A stretch of DNA of 64,000 bases from an uncultured Actinomycetes bacterium (GTDB taxonomy: Bacteria; Actinomycetota; Coriobacteriia; Anaerosomatales; CAVRZR01): contig CAWEJW010000001.1 of NCBI GenBank assembly GCA_963809535.1, positions 163,136 through 227,135 on the forward strand, written 5' to 3'. Both the position numbers and the translations under genes were made by a program. Positions within the stretch are counted from its first letter, which is position 1, and each line of letters opens with the position of its first letter. The notes under the pieces were generated by a model. The model was not told the DNA's origin, made no database searches, and saw only the letters and a list, made by a program, of their open reading frames with translations. This document shows positions 37,115 to 47,388 of the stretch, piece by piece.

Positions 37115-38341
37115 CTACTCCTCGCTCGCAGCGATCCTGTACGCCGCGCCTTCAGGGCCGGGCACGATGCGTGTCCGGCCCTGCGCGTCAACGATGAAGA
37201 GCCCAAGCCCGTGTTGCCGCGCGTAGGATTCGGCGCGGTCGATGCCCATTACGAACAGCGCGGTCGACAGGATGTCGGAATCAAGGCCGCTGGGCGCGCC
37301 CACGACTGTGAGCGAGCGCATGCCGTTTGCCGGCTTGCCAGTCGCAGGGTCGAGGATGTGGTGGTAGCGCACTCCGTCACGCACGAACGCCTGTTGGTAA
37401 TCGCCGGATGTGGACACCGTGCCGAGCGGAGGCGCTCCCGCCGGGGTGCTCGTCGTGTCCCCGAGCGCATACTCGACGACGCCGACGATCCGCTGCGGGT
37501 CGCGCGGGTCCTCGATGCCGACGCGCCACACCTTGTCGCCGCCCGAGGCAGGCTTGTTTCCGATCACGATCGTCGTGCTGCCCGCCGAAACGAGCGCCCC
37601 GCTCATCACGCCCTCCTGCACGGCACCTTCGAGCACGCCGGCGGCTCCATCGAGCGCAGCTCCCTTGGCGGCACCCGAGAGATCCAGCCCGGCGGCGGGG
37701 GCCATGTAGCTTGAATATGGCGGGTCAGGAGGCGCACCGAGGATGCCGATGTCGGCGAAGCGCGCTTCCAATCCTACGGAGGTCACCGTCGTTTCGAATG
37801 CCTGCGCTGCGCGCAGCAAGCGAGCCAGTTCGGTCTCATCGGGTACGGCACCCTTGCCGTCGAAGTCGTAAAGGCCCATCACGCGCAGGAGCGTTGGCGA
37901 GAAGTACTGCTCGACGCCCAGGGCCTTGACCCGGTCAAGGATCTGCACGACCTCCGGCGGTAGGACGTGCCAGTCGAACGGATCGCGATTGAAGCCGACG
38001 ACACTCGTCACCTCGAGGCTGGGGGGCTGCGCGGGTAGGTTCGGACTGGCGGCAACATCGGGGTAGGCCGACAGAACGCGCTCGATCTCGGCGATGGCTG
38101 CAAACGCGCCATCGACCGCGTGCGACATCGAAGCGGGCTGGCCGCCGTAGGGAGTGATGGTGACGATCGTGCCGAGCGCCTCGCGCGAGGTGCGTGCGGG
38201 CTCAGGCGCGCGCGTGCACCCGAAGAGAGCAGACGCAGCTAACAGGCCCGTGCAGAGAGCCGCCACGAGCAGCCCGCGCCGGCCCCACTGCTGGGCGCGA
38301 GCACCGGGCGTGTCAGGCGTAGGTATGTGACGCGCAATCAT
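37115..38341 (-). CDS. apbE: FAD:protein FMN transferase (ApbE family) lipoprotein
   Basis: Lipobox LFGC, GAAKGAALD, VSTSGDYQQAF..GVRYHHILDPATGKP. Start trimmed to ATG 38341. Confidence 0.85.
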   Translation of the reverse strand: MIARHIPTPDTPGARAQQWGRRGLLVAALCTGLLAASALFGCTRAPEPARTSREALGTIVTITPYGGQPASMSHAVDGAFAAIAEIERVLSAYPDVAASPNLPAQPPSLEVTSVVGFNRDPFDWHVLPPEVVQILDRVKALGVEQYFSPTLLRVMGLYDFDGKGAVPDETELARLLRAAQAFETTVTSVGLEARFADIGILGAPPDPPYSSYMAPAAGLDLSGAAKGAALDGAAGVLEGAVQEGVMSGALVSAGSTTIVIGNKPASGGDKVWRVGIEDPRDPQRIVGVVEYALGDTTSTPAGAPPLGTVSTSGDYQQAFVRDGVRYHHILDPATGKPANGMRSLTVVGAPSGLDSDILSTALFVMGIDRAESYARQHGLGLFIVDAQGRTRIVPGPEGAAYRIAASEE

Positions 38342-38508
38342 CGGCAGTCGAAGTCTTTCACCATCGAGGTGAGGTCGATGCGAGCTCGTCGTCTCGAAGT
38401 CGAGTGCTCGCATCGGCGTGAACGCAGCCCAGTATACTGAGCGCGCGCCACACGGCGGGCGAACGTCCGCGTGACCGCAGGGTAGGGCAGATCTCGGAGG
38501 CCTCGCAC

Positions 38509-39252
38509 ATGCGAGTCGTGAGCTTCAACATCCACCGTGCCGTAGGAGTCGGCAGCCGGCGCCCCTCCATCCGCGCTATCGGCGCGGTGCTGCGCGAACT
38601 CGCGCCCGACGTGGTGGCTCTGAACGAGATCCTTCGAACGCCGTTCCTCGCCGATCAACCGGCACGACTCGCCAGCATGTTGCACATGTCGCAGGTCTTC
38701 GGGCGCACCGCCACGAGTTGGGGCATGCCCTTCGGCAATGCGGTGCTCTCCCGTGGACGCATCCTCGATGCAGAGCGCGTTCTGCTGCCCGGTGAAGGCG
38801 CGGAGCCGCGCTGCGTGCTGTTCGTCGACACCGAGGTCGATGGCGCCAGGTTCACCTTCGCCTCCACGCATCTCGAAGTCCGCGGCGCGCCGAGGGCGGC
38901 TCAGCTAGAGGCACTGCCTGCCATGCTCAAGGCGGTTCGCGGTAGCGAGTTGGGACCAGGGGGTGTGGGACCGGGCGGTCATGCGAGTCGCGGCTTGGAA
39001 GGTGACCATGACGGCGGTGCGCTTGTGCTGGCGGGCGACTTCAACGCGCAGGGCGCCGAATTGCACCCGCTAGCGGAAGGCGCCGGGCTTTCACTCGCGC
39101 CAGAACAGGCCACCTTCCCCTCCGCCGAGCCAACCATCGCCATCGACCACGTGCTGTACAGCGACCACTGGCGTGCCGTCGATGCGTTCGTCCTCGCCCG
39201 ACCGGTATCCGATCACGCGGCGCTTGTGGTCGATCTGGAAAGGGTCCGCTGA
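38509..39252 (+). CDS. Endonuclease/exonuclease/phosphatase (EEP) family protein
   Basis: MRVVSFNIHRAVG...VVALNEI...STHLE...LAGDFN...IDHVLYS...SDHAALVVDL. Confidence 0.8.
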   Translation: MRVVSFNIHRAVGVGSRRPSIRAIGAVLRELAPDVVALNEILRTPFLADQPARLASMLHMSQVFGRTATSWGMPFGNAVLSRGRILDAERVLLPGEGAEPRCVLFVDTEVDGARFTFASTHLEVRGAPRAAQLEALPAMLKAVRGSELGPGGVGPGGHASRGLEGDHDGGALVLAGDFNAQGAELHPLAEGAGLSLAPEQATFPSAEPTIAIDHVLYSDHWRAVDAFVLARPVSDHAALVVDLERVR

Positions 39253-39355
39253 GCGGCCGCAACGCGCCGCACGTGCGCCTCGCTATACTGGGGGCTCCCG
39301 CTGCGGCCTGATAGTCTGCGGCGGACGCATCAGCTCCATTGATCGCGGAGGTCAC

Positions 39356-40195
39356 GTGTTCCCGATAGTCCACAAACGCCAGCTCTCCAACGCCGTCTGG
39401 GAAATGGGCGTGGAGGCGCCAAGGATCGCCATCAAGGCCCGAGCCGGGCAGTTCCTCATCGTGCGAACTCGTGAGGGTGGGGAGCGCATCCCGCTGACGT
39501 TCTCCGACTGGTCCTCCGAGGAAGGCTGGATTCGCTTCATATTCATGCGCGTGGGCAAGACAACGCACGAGCTTTCGCACCTGGAGGTCGGTGAGGAAGT
39601 CGCCGACGTCGTTGGTCCGCTCGGCGTGCCCACGCACCTTGAAGGACTCGGGCGAGTGGCCGTGATCGGTGGAGGCGTCGGCGCCGCCGTGGCCTATCCG
39701 GTCGCCCGCGGCATGGCCGCGGCAGGAAGCGAGGTCACGGCTATCCTCGGCGCGCGCAACGCCGACCTTCTTGTGCTAGAAGACGAGTTTCGGGCCCTGC
39801 CGCTGCGCGAACTGGTCGTCACGACCGACGACGGTTCGGCGGGTGAGAAAGCGCTCGTGACAGCGCCGCTGAAGCGACTGTGCGAAGCGGGCGCCATAGA
39901 CCACGCGTTCGCCGTTGGTCCGGCGATCATGATGAAGTTCTGCTCCGCGACTACCCGCGATTTCGGCGTGCCGACGACGGTCTCGCTGAATCCGATCATG
40001 GTCGACGGGACGGGGATGTGCGGCGCGTGCCGGGTCAGCGTCGCGGGTGTGACCAGATTCGGTTGCGTGGACGGACCGGACTTCGACGGGCACGCCGTGG
40101 ACTTCGAAGAGCTCATGAGTCGTCAGCGCGTGTACATCGACGACGAACGGCTCGCCGACGCCGAGTACTCGCGGGAGTGCTCGTGCAACCTGTAG
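39356..40195 (+). CDS. Sulfide/dihydroorotate dehydrogenase-like FAD/NAD-binding subunit (NfnA / GltD-partner type)
   Basis: GTG 39356 after GGAGG. IKARAGQFLIVR..GERIPLTFSDW, GGGVGAA, C-terminal Cys cluster GMCGACRV...FGCVDGP. Confidence 0.8.
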   Translation: MFPIVHKRQLSNAVWEMGVEAPRIAIKARAGQFLIVRTREGGERIPLTFSDWSSEEGWIRFIFMRVGKTTHELSHLEVGEEVADVVGPLGVPTHLEGLGRVAVIGGGVGAAVAYPVARGMAAAGSEVTAILGARNADLLVLEDEFRALPLRELVVTTDDGSAGEKALVTAPLKRLCEAGAIDHAFAVGPAIMMKFCSATTRDFGVPTTVSLNPIMVDGTGMCGACRVSVAGVTRFGCVDGPDFDGHAVDFEELMSRQRVYIDDERLADAEYSRECSCNL

Positions 40196-40275
40196 ATGAC
40201 GGAGGCACCGGGAGGGACCGCGTCGGAGGGCGAGAGCGTCAGCGTCACAGGCCGTCGCGTGAAGCGCGCCACCCG

Positions 40276-41646
40276 ATGCCCGAGCGCGCCGCCAACGAGC
40301 GCGCGAAGGACTTCGACGAGGTGACGCTCGGCTACTCGCGCGAGGAAGCGGTCGCCGAAGCGATGCGGTGCTTGCAGTGCAAGAACCCCACCTGCATTGA
40401 GGGATGCCCGGTCAATATCGACATCAAGTCTTTCATCGGCTGCATCATCGATGGGGATTGGGCCGACGGGGTGGCGGTTCTCAAAGAACGCAACGCGCTG
40501 CCTGCCGTGTGCGGGCGTGTCTGCCCGCAGGAGGACCAGTGCGAGGCGTCGTGCGTGCTCGCGCGCAAGGGCGAACCTGTAGCGATCGGCCGACTAGAGC
40601 GGTTCCTCGGCGACTTCGATCTGGCGTGCGACATCGACGATCGATGCGTCGTGCAGGCCGCTCCGCCTACGGGCTTTCGCTGCGCGGTGGTAGGTAGCGG
40701 TCCGGCCGGCGTGGCGTGCGCGGGCGAGCTGGCGATGCTGGGGCACGACGTCACCGTCTTTGAATCCCTGCACGCGCCCGGCGGGGTGCTCACGTACGGC
40801 ATCCCGGAATTCCGTTTGCCTAAGGCGATCGTGCAGACGGAGATCGCGGCACTCGACCAGATCGGCGTGAAGATCGTGACGGACGTCGTCATCGGCGCCG
40901 AGTACACGGTCGATGAGCTGCTGTCCGAGGAAGGATATGACGCCGTCTTCCTCGGCAGTGGAGCCGGCCTTCCCGCATTCATGGGCATTCCGGGTGAGAA
41001 CCTGAACGGCGTGTACTCGGCGAACGAATTCCTCACGCGCGTGAATCTCATGCGCGCCTACGAGTTCCCAAAGGCCGACACGCCCGTGTGGCGCGGCCGC
41101 AAGGTCGCGGTCGTTGGCGGCGGGAATGTCGCGATGGACTCGGCCCGCACGGCTCTGAGGCTCGGCGCCGAGGAGGTCTTCCTCGTGTACCGCCGCACGG
41201 AGGACGAGATGCCCGCCCGTCGCGAGGAGGTCGAGCACGCGCGCGAAGAGGGCGTCGAGTTCAAGATGCTCTGCGCGCCAACCGACATCGTCGGGCACGA
41301 CGGATTCGTCACGGGAATCGTGGCGACGCGCATGGAACTCGGCGAGCCTGACGCGAGCGGCCGGCTTGCCCCGGTCTGCGTCCTCGGAAGCGAGTTCACC
41401 ATCGACTGCGACACCGTGATCATGGCTATCGGCACCAAGGCGAATCGGCTGCTCGGCAAGGCCGCGCCCAATGTCGACGTCTCCAGTCGAGGCTACGTGC
41501 TCACCGACGCCGACGGTGCGACCTCGCAGCCCGGGGTCTTCGCGGGTGGAGACATCGTCACCGGATCTGCCACGGTGATACTCGCGATGGGAGCAGGAAA
41601 GAGGGCCGCGCAGTCGATGGATCGCTGGCTGCGAACCAGGCCGTAG
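40276..41646 (+). CDS. NADPH-dependent glutamate synthase beta-chain-like oxidoreductase (NfnB/GltD type)
   Basis: MPERAANERAKDFDEVTLGY, CLQCKNPTCIEGCPV, CGRVCPQEDQCEASC, VVGSGPAGVACAGEL, VVGGGNVAMDSAR, VFAGGDIVTG. ORF 5' extension trimmed. Confidence 0.9.
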   Translation: MPERAANERAKDFDEVTLGYSREEAVAEAMRCLQCKNPTCIEGCPVNIDIKSFIGCIIDGDWADGVAVLKERNALPAVCGRVCPQEDQCEASCVLARKGEPVAIGRLERFLGDFDLACDIDDRCVVQAAPPTGFRCAVVGSGPAGVACAGELAMLGHDVTVFESLHAPGGVLTYGIPEFRLPKAIVQTEIAALDQIGVKIVTDVVIGAEYTVDELLSEEGYDAVFLGSGAGLPAFMGIPGENLNGVYSANEFLTRVNLMRAYEFPKADTPVWRGRKVAVVGGGNVAMDSARTALRLGAEEVFLVYRRTEDEMPARREEVEHAREEGVEFKMLCAPTDIVGHDGFVTGIVATRMELGEPDASGRLAPVCVLGSEFTIDCDTVIMAIGTKANRLLGKAAPNVDVSSRGYVLTDADGATSQPGVFAGGDIVTGSATVILAMGAGKRAAQSMDRWLRTRP

Positions 41647-41747
41647 GTGCGTCACGCGGGTCTGTCACGACCAGTGTCTAGCGGTTGGGTACAATCCGAA
41701 CTGGGGCACGATAAGCGGTACCTTCGGCGCGCACATCGGCGCAGAGC

Positions 41748-42506
41748 TTGGAGCGAACGGTGATTGAAGACCCTATCAGCGTGCTGGTTATCGACGACGA
41801 CTCATCGATCGTCGAGATGATCCGCATGGGTCTGGATGCAGACGGCATGCGCGTCATCGGTGCTCAGGACGGCGCCGAGGGCATCGAGCTGCTTAAGCGC
41901 GAGCGGGTGGACGTTGTGATCCTCGACATCATGATGCCTCGTGTCGATGGCTGGATGGCGCTGATGGAGATCCGAAACGATCCCGCGACCGCGGACGTTC
42001 CCGTCATCATGCTGACCGGCAAGACCCAGGATCTCGCGAAGATCCTCGCGTTCAAGCAGGGTGTGCAGCAGTACGTCACCAAGCCGTTCAGCGTCCCGGA
42101 GCTATCAGCCCGTGTCGAGAGCCTTGCCCGGGGGAGCCGCAAGAGTCGCAGTGCGCAACCTCCCGCGGAAAGCGAGTTCCGCAAGATAGCCGTGCGCAAG
42201 GGCGGGCGCACCGTGCTTCTGTCGATCGACGACATCGCGTTCTTCTCGGCGAAGAACAAGTCGACCTACGCACACACCTTCGAGAACCAGTACCTTGTCG
42301 ACCTCACGCTGGGCGAGCTCGAGGCGAAGTTGGCGAAGGAATCGTTCATCCGCGTCCATCGCAGCTACATGGTCAATCTCAATCACATCAAGGAGATCTT
42401 GCGGGTGGACGGCAGCTACGTCGTGGTCGCGGCCGACCGTGACGAGACGCACCTCACCGTCGCACGTCGACAGGTGAAGCAGTTCCGGGAGTCCGTCGGG
42501 ATCTAG
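41748..42506 (+). CDS. LytR/AlgR-family response regulator (REC + LytTR)
   Basis: VLVIDDDSS..., VVILDIMMPRVDGW, KPF. LytTR: LLSIDDIAFFSAKNKSTYAHT...FIRVHRSYMVNLNHI. TTG 41748 or GTG 41760 start. No histidine kinase nearby. Confidence 0.85.
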   Translation: MERTVIEDPISVLVIDDDSSIVEMIRMGLDADGMRVIGAQDGAEGIELLKRERVDVVILDIMMPRVDGWMALMEIRNDPATADVPVIMLTGKTQDLAKILAFKQGVQQYVTKPFSVPELSARVESLARGSRKSRSAQPPAESEFRKIAVRKGGRTVLLSIDDIAFFSAKNKSTYAHTFENQYLVDLTLGELEAKLAKESFIRVHRSYMVNLNHIKEILRVDGSYVVVAADRDETHLTVARRQVKQFRESVGI

Positions 42507-42546
42507 CGCGAGTGATCGGCGGCGCAGGCCCCGGGGCTGGCGTCGG

Positions 42547-43911
42547 CTAGTTCCTCAGGCTCTGAAGCGGTGCAGGCACGCGGCCGCCCCGACGAACGAA
42601 CGTCGTCCCAGCCCACTCGTTCACCGACATCACCGGCGCCGAGCCGAGCAGCCCGCCGAACTCGACGCGGTCTCCGACCTTCTTGCCGGCGGCAGGTATG
42701 AGTCGCGCAGCCGTGGTCTTCGAGTTCACGACTCCAATGGCACAGGCGTCGGCGATCACGGCGGCGATCGTCTCGGCGGGTGTGTCGCCAGGGATGGCGA
42801 TCATGTCGAGGCCAACCGAGCAGACCGCCGTCATCGCCTCGAGCTTCTCGAGGGTGAGGGCACCGGACTCGGCGGCTCGGATCATGCCGGCGTCCTCAGA
42901 GACAGGGATGAACGCGCCCGAGAGTCCACCGATCGATGACGTGCCCATCGCGCCGCCCTTCTTGACGGCGTCGTTGAGCAGCGCGAGTGCTGCGGTGGTG
43001 CCGGGACCGCCGCACCGGCCGACCCCCATCGCTTCGATGATGTCGGCCACGCTGTCGCCTTCGGCCGGAGTCGGCGCGAGTGAGAGGTCGACGATGCCCA
43101 TGGCGACGCCGAGGCGCTTCGCCGCTTCGCGGGCGATCAGCTCACCCACGCGCGTGATCTTGAACGAGGTCGCCTTGATGGCTTCGGCAACCGCGGTGAG
43201 GTCGGCGTTCTCGGGCAGTGCCGAGACGACGGCGCGCACGACTCCGGGACCGGAAATGCCGACGTTGACGACCGCGTCGGGCTCGCCGGTGCCGTGCACC
43301 GCCCCGGCCATGAACGGATTGTCCTCGACCATATTGGCGAAGACGACGAGCTTCGCGCATCCGATGCTGTCCCTGTCGGCCGTCGTCTCGGCCGTCCCGA
43401 GGATGACCTCGGCCATACGGAGGATCGCATCCATGTTCATGCCCGCGCGCGTCGACGCGACATTGACGCTCGAGCACACCCGCTCCGTCGCTGAGAGTGC
43501 GGCCGGAATCGAGTCGATGAGGCGTGCTTCGGCCTCGCCGGTACCCTTGTGCACCAACGCGGAGAACCCACCGATGAAGTCGACACCCACCGCCGCCGCG
43601 GCGCGGTCGAGTGCGTGCGCTATGGGTGAGACGTCGCGGGCACCGCAGGCCGCCGCCAGCTGCGCGACTGGCGTGACGGAGATGCGCTTGTTCACGATCG
43701 GGATGCCGTACTCGGCGGCGATTGCATCGGCGATAGGAACGAGGCGATCAGCCGCGCACGCCACCTTGTCGTAGATGCGCTGCGACATCGTCGAGAGGTC
43801 CGGGCCAGCGCAGTCGGCAAGCGACAGGCCGAGCGTGACAGTTCGAATGTCGAGGTGCTGCTGGGTGACCATGAGGAGGGTTTCGACGATCTCCTCGGGC
43901 TCGATGTGCAC
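42547..43911 (-). CDS. UPF0210 (DUF711, PFL-like) family protein
   Basis: GTG start after [35 protein letters not shown]... 454 aa. Confidence 0.85.
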   Translation of the reverse strand: MHIEPEEIVETLLMVTQQHLDIRTVTLGLSLADCAGPDLSTMSQRIYDKVACAADRLVPIADAIAAEYGIPIVNKRISVTPVAQLAAACGARDVSPIAHALDRAAAAVGVDFIGGFSALVHKGTGEAEARLIDSIPAALSATERVCSSVNVASTRAGMNMDAILRMAEVILGTAETTADRDSIGCAKLVVFANMVEDNPFMAGAVHGTGEPDAVVNVGISGPGVVRAVVSALPENADLTAVAEAIKATSFKITRVGELIAREAAKRLGVAMGIVDLSLAPTPAEGDSVADIIEAMGVGRCGGPGTTAALALLNDAVKKGGAMGTSSIGGLSGAFIPVSEDAGMIRAAESGALTLEKLEAMTAVCSVGLDMIAIPGDTPAETIAAVIADACAIGVVNSKTTAARLIPAAGKKVGDRVEFGGLLGSAPVMSVNEWAGTTFVRRGGRVPAPLQSLRN

Positions 43912-44020
43912 GAGTCGTCCTCCTTGGAGACGGGCGGGTGGGAGCGGTGCGGCGGAGCTGGACGGGGGCGGGTCGTACGGTGCGGCGAGGGGTTGCGCAG
44001 GTGCGAGAACGGCTCCCGAC

Positions 44021-44296
44021 CTAGACGCGGTGCATGAACCGGAACACGTCCTCGCGCTGGAGCGTTATCTGGACGCCGAGGTCATCCGAGATCGTCTCGA
44101 GGCGCTTCTGGACTTCTTCGAACGGCGCTACGTCCTCGTCGATCGTCACGAGCATGGTCATCGAGAAGATCCCCCCGATGATCGTCTGGCGGATGTCCTC
44201 GATATTGGCGCCGGACTGTGCCAAAACGTTCGAAACAGCCGCAACGATCCCGACCCGGTCCTCTCCGAGAACTGAGAGTATGGCTGGCGTACGCAT
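44021..44296 (-). CDS. ACT-domain protein (UPF0237 family)
   Basis: [35 protein letters not shown]. Usual upstream partner of UPF0210 genes. Confidence 0.85.
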   Translation of the reverse strand: MRTPAILSVLGEDRVGIVAAVSNVLAQSGANIEDIRQTIIGGIFSMTMLVTIDEDVAPFEEVQKRLETISDDLGVQITLQREDVFRFMHRV

Positions 44297-44448
44297 GGGG
44301 CCCCCCTCATAGTGCCGCCGAGCGATATCGGTGTGGAGCGCCGACGGTATACTCCCTTATACCGCACGATGCCCCGTGAGCCGCAGCGCGTGGCGCGACT
44401 CGCGTCGGCCGGGCGATCAGACCTGACCTCGCCGAGAAGAGAGGCCCC

Positions 44449-44706
44449 TTGGCCGTCCCAATAACGCCCGTGCGCGTCGGCGACGTGGTGAAACTCAAGA
44501 AGGAGCACCCGTGCGGCGCGAACGAGTGGAAGATCATCCGTGTTGGAATGGACATCGGGCTCGAGTGCGTCGGCTGCGGCCGGAAGGTGCGTCTCGTGCG
44601 CTACGAATTCGACCGGAGATTCCGCGCGTTCCTGCGACGGGCCATCGACGAGCAGGGACACTCTGCAGCGACTGCTGACGAGCAGGATGAGGCGCCCGCG
44701 GTCTAG
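44449..44706 (+). CDS. DUF951 family protein
   Basis: VGDVVKLKKEHPCGANEWKIIRVGMDIGLECVGCGRKVRLVRYEFDRR. TTG start after GAGAAGAGAGG. Confidence 0.75.
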   Translation: MAVPITPVRVGDVVKLKKEHPCGANEWKIIRVGMDIGLECVGCGRKVRLVRYEFDRRFRAFLRRAIDEQGHSAATADEQDEAPAV

Positions 44707-45590
44707 GGCGTGCCGACACCCTCGGTCGTTCCTGGCTTCACGCGGTTGAGTTGCACGTGCGTGTGGTCGCCGGCGGCCGTGGTGTAGCCGGAGAGCTGCA
44801 GGCGCATCTTGCTCGAGAGATTGCGCACCGCTCCGATCTGCGTGACGCCGCCCACTACGTCCTGGCCGGCCTTCACGACCGGTTTCGCGATGTGGATGAG
44901 GACGACATCCAAATCGTTGTGTCCGCTCGGGCGGATGTGCAACTCGTAGTCCGGGTACTTCTGGTAGAGCTTGTACGCCTTTACAAGCAGCACGCGTCCG
45001 GTCACCGGCGCGAGGACGGGGGTCCCGGCGGGCGCTCCCACGTCGGCTGCCGTGTCGGGCCTGCCAGGGCGGTCCCGCCACAGCCGAAGGACGTATCCGC
45101 CGAGCCACCCTTGCGCGTCGGGGACGCTCGTTTCGGCAGTGCGCCCCGTTCCGTGCTTGTTCTTGGCCTTCTCCATGGGGTACGTCGGGAGCTTGCTCGT
45201 CAGGTGTTGCGCGTAGTTGTAGGACGCCTGATGGAACGAGATCTCAGTCAACTTCTCCGCGGGAACGGGCACGTGCAGCGCGACGTCCTTGTAGGTCGCG
45301 AACAGGGGCGTGGGCGGCGTGGGGTCTGGCTGCCGCGCGTCCGGCGGGTCCGCCGCGCTCATCTGCAGGGGCGTTTCCGACGCGACCGCGACCGGCGTCG
45401 GGTGCTTTGGTGCCGTTCTCGACAGGAACCAACCAGCCGCGAGGAGCCCGGCTGCGACCAAGACGAGCGCGCTGAGCATGCGCTGGCGCCGCCTTCTGCG
45501 CAGCCGACGCTCACGTGCTACGCGTCCTTCGAACATCAGCCCCTTATCGCGCGCGGGCCTCGCGAATGAGGGTTCGTAGTCTCGTCTCAT
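44703..45590 (-). CDS. Membrane-anchored LytM/M23-like domain protein (possibly non-catalytic)
   Basis: N-terminal Arg-rich segment plus TM. C-terminal region DVGAPAGTPVLAPVTGRV...ELHIRP...VVLIHI...GDHTHVQL resembles the M23 fold. ATGA overlap with the CapA stop. Confidence 0.55.
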   Translation of the reverse strand: MRRDYEPSFARPARDKGLMFEGRVARERRLRRRRRQRMLSALVLVAAGLLAAGWFLSRTAPKHPTPVAVASETPLQMSAADPPDARQPDPTPPTPLFATYKDVALHVPVPAEKLTEISFHQASYNYAQHLTSKLPTYPMEKAKNKHGTGRTAETSVPDAQGWLGGYVLRLWRDRPGRPDTAADVGAPAGTPVLAPVTGRVLLVKAYKLYQKYPDYELHIRPSGHNDLDVVLIHIAKPVVKAGQDVVGGVTQIGAVRNLSSKMRLQLSGYTTAAGDHTHVQLNRVKPGTTEGVGTP

Positions 45591-46858
45591 CGGCCGATCC
45601 TGGCAGTCGAGCCGACGATGCGCACCGTCGTTCCGTGAGGAGAGGAGATCTGCTTCAGGCGCTTCAAGATCGTCGAGGCCTCGCTGCCGGTGACCACGGC
45701 CGGCGCACCGCTGCTGTTCAGGTAGACGGGAGTTGCGATGACGCCGGCCACTCCGTCTGGCCCGAGCTGAGCGTTCAGGATGAAAGCCTCGCCGGTCTTC
45801 CGCGAGTAGTGGTCGAACACAAAGTCGCCGAGGGAGTAGGCGATCAACTTCCGCTTGTAGATCTCGACGCCCTGGATGACGTGCGGGTGGTGCGAGAGAA
45901 CCATGTCCGCGCCCGCGTCGACGGCTCGCCTGGCGTCATGGACCTGATCGCCGTTCGCGTAGTCCTCGTACTCCACGCCCCAGTGGAAGGACACGATGAC
46001 GTAGTCGTACCGCGCTTTGGCAGCTCTGATCGCCGAGGCGACGGCGTCGGAGTTGCCTCTGCCGCGTGCGAGGCCTGGGCGTGAGTCGGTCGCGACGAAG
46101 TTCGCCGGCAGGATCTGGCTGAACGAGAGGAACGCGATCGTGGCTCCGTTGCGCTTCACCACGGCCGGTTTCCACGCTGCCGAGCGGTTCATGCCGGCGC
46201 CCGCGTGTTCGATACCTGCTTGGTCGAGCGCGGCGAGTGTGTCGCGCAGAGAGGCGGCCCCGTAGTCGAGGACGTGGTTGTTGCCCAGCGCCACGAAGTC
46301 GAATCCGGACGCCTTCAGGCCGACGATCCCTTTGGGATGGCCTCGGAACGTGACGTCCTTGCCGGGGGCCGGAGACCCGCTCGCAGAGAGGTTGCTCTCG
46401 AGGTTCCCGATGGTGACGTCCGCTCGCCTGAGACGCGCCGCGACCTTCGCGAGGGGCGCGACGCCTCCTTGTGCGGAGATGAGGGCCTTCACTCTGCGAT
46501 CGAAGATCATGTCTCCGACCGCGGCCACGGTCACGGTCGCGGAACGCCCGGCTTTCGCGGGCGCACCAGCTGCGCCTGTTGCCCCGGTCTGTGTGGCGCT
46601 CTTCGTCTGCGAGGGCGCGACTGCCTGGACAGCCTGGGTCGTGGCCCTCGCGCCGGAGCCGCTCCCGCCAATGGCGGCATCGCCTGCGCCGGCCCGAGGC
46701 CGCCACTGCCCGCTCGCCACGGCCCACGCGCCTGCGCCGACGACAACGAAGAGCAGGAGGACCAGAGCGGTGATCGCTGCCCGACGACGCGCTCGACGGC
46801 GCGGTAGGGAACGCGTCGCTCGGCTCGATGGCGGGGCTTGAAGGAGAGATCTCTGCAT
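45587..46858 (-). CDS. CapA-family (PGA_cap metallophosphatase-like) protein
   Basis: VAAVGDMIFDR, GNLE, LGNNHVLDYG, FHWGVEYE, SHHPHVIQG, YSLGDFVFD. Start trimmed to ATG 46858, followed by Arg-rich segment plus TM. Confidence 0.8.
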   Translation of the reverse strand: MQRSLLQAPPSSRATRSLPRRRARRRAAITALVLLLFVVVGAGAWAVASGQWRPRAGAGDAAIGGSGSGARATTQAVQAVAPSQTKSATQTGATGAAGAPAKAGRSATVTVAAVGDMIFDRRVKALISAQGGVAPLAKVAARLRRADVTIGNLESNLSASGSPAPGKDVTFRGHPKGIVGLKASGFDFVALGNNHVLDYGAASLRDTLAALDQAGIEHAGAGMNRSAAWKPAVVKRNGATIAFLSFSQILPANFVATDSRPGLARGRGNSDAVASAIRAAKARYDYVIVSFHWGVEYEDYANGDQVHDARRAVDAGADMVLSHHPHVIQGVEIYKRKLIAYSLGDFVFDHYSRKTGEAFILNAQLGPDGVAGVIATPVYLNSSGAPAVVTGSEASTILKRLKQISSPHGTTVRIVGSTARIGR

Positions 46859-47031
46859 GCCGGCGGCGTGACCTCGACTCGCACATGCGGACCGGACAGT
46901 ACGACGGCGCCAGTATAGCGTTGGGGGGCCGCAAAGCTCATTCACGGTAAGCCAACAATGTGCCAGCGGGATCGCGCAGAAGGATGCGTGCGAGCGGTGC
47001 TCGACGGTCGGCTCATGGCCTCTGGCGAATG

Positions 47032-47040
47032 CTACAATCG
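47032..47040 (+). promoter_or_regulatory. Extended -10 promoter candidate for the V-ATPase operon
   Basis: TGcTACAAT, 40 nt upstream of ATG 47080. No good -35. Confidence 0.4.
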
Positions 47041-47079
47041 CGTGAGCATTTCGCCCCCCTGCCCGAGAGATCCCCACCC

Positions 47080-47385
47080 ATGCAAAAACTCGAGGAAATC
47101 ATGCACGCCGAGGATTCGGCGCGCCACCGTTTGGTCGAGGCTCGCGAGCAGGCACAGCAGATCGCGGAGGAGGCCGCGGCGGAGGCGCAACTCGTGCGAG
47201 CATCCGTGAAGCGCGAGGCCGACGAAGCCGCGTTGACGGCACGCGAGACGACGGTCGCCGAGGCCGAGAGGGAGGCGGACGCCATTCGGGCCGAGGCTGA
47301 CGTGCAGCTGGGAAGTCTGCTGGTTGCGGTCGAGAGCCGCGTCCCACGAGCGATCGCGGCCGTTTCCCGCGAGCTCATGAGGTAG
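47080..47385 (+). CDS. V-type ATP synthase small stator subunit (G/H-like, NtpF position)
   Basis: 101 aa. Helical and Ala/Glu/Arg-rich (EDSARHRLVEAREQAQQIAEEAAAEAQ). First gene of the operon. Confidence 0.75.
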   Translation: MQKLEEIMHAEDSARHRLVEAREQAQQIAEEAAAEAQLVRASVKREADEAALTARETTVAEAEREADAIRAEADVQLGSLLVAVESRVPRAIAAVSRELMR

Positions 47386-47388
47386 CAC

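Noticed and set aside
36403-37206. 5' extension of the M23 gene ORF (677 aa total)
   Set aside because: The extension is Arg/Gly/Trp-rich and antisense to the DUF4870-like gene. GTG 36402 with GGAGGA and a signal peptide is the credible start.
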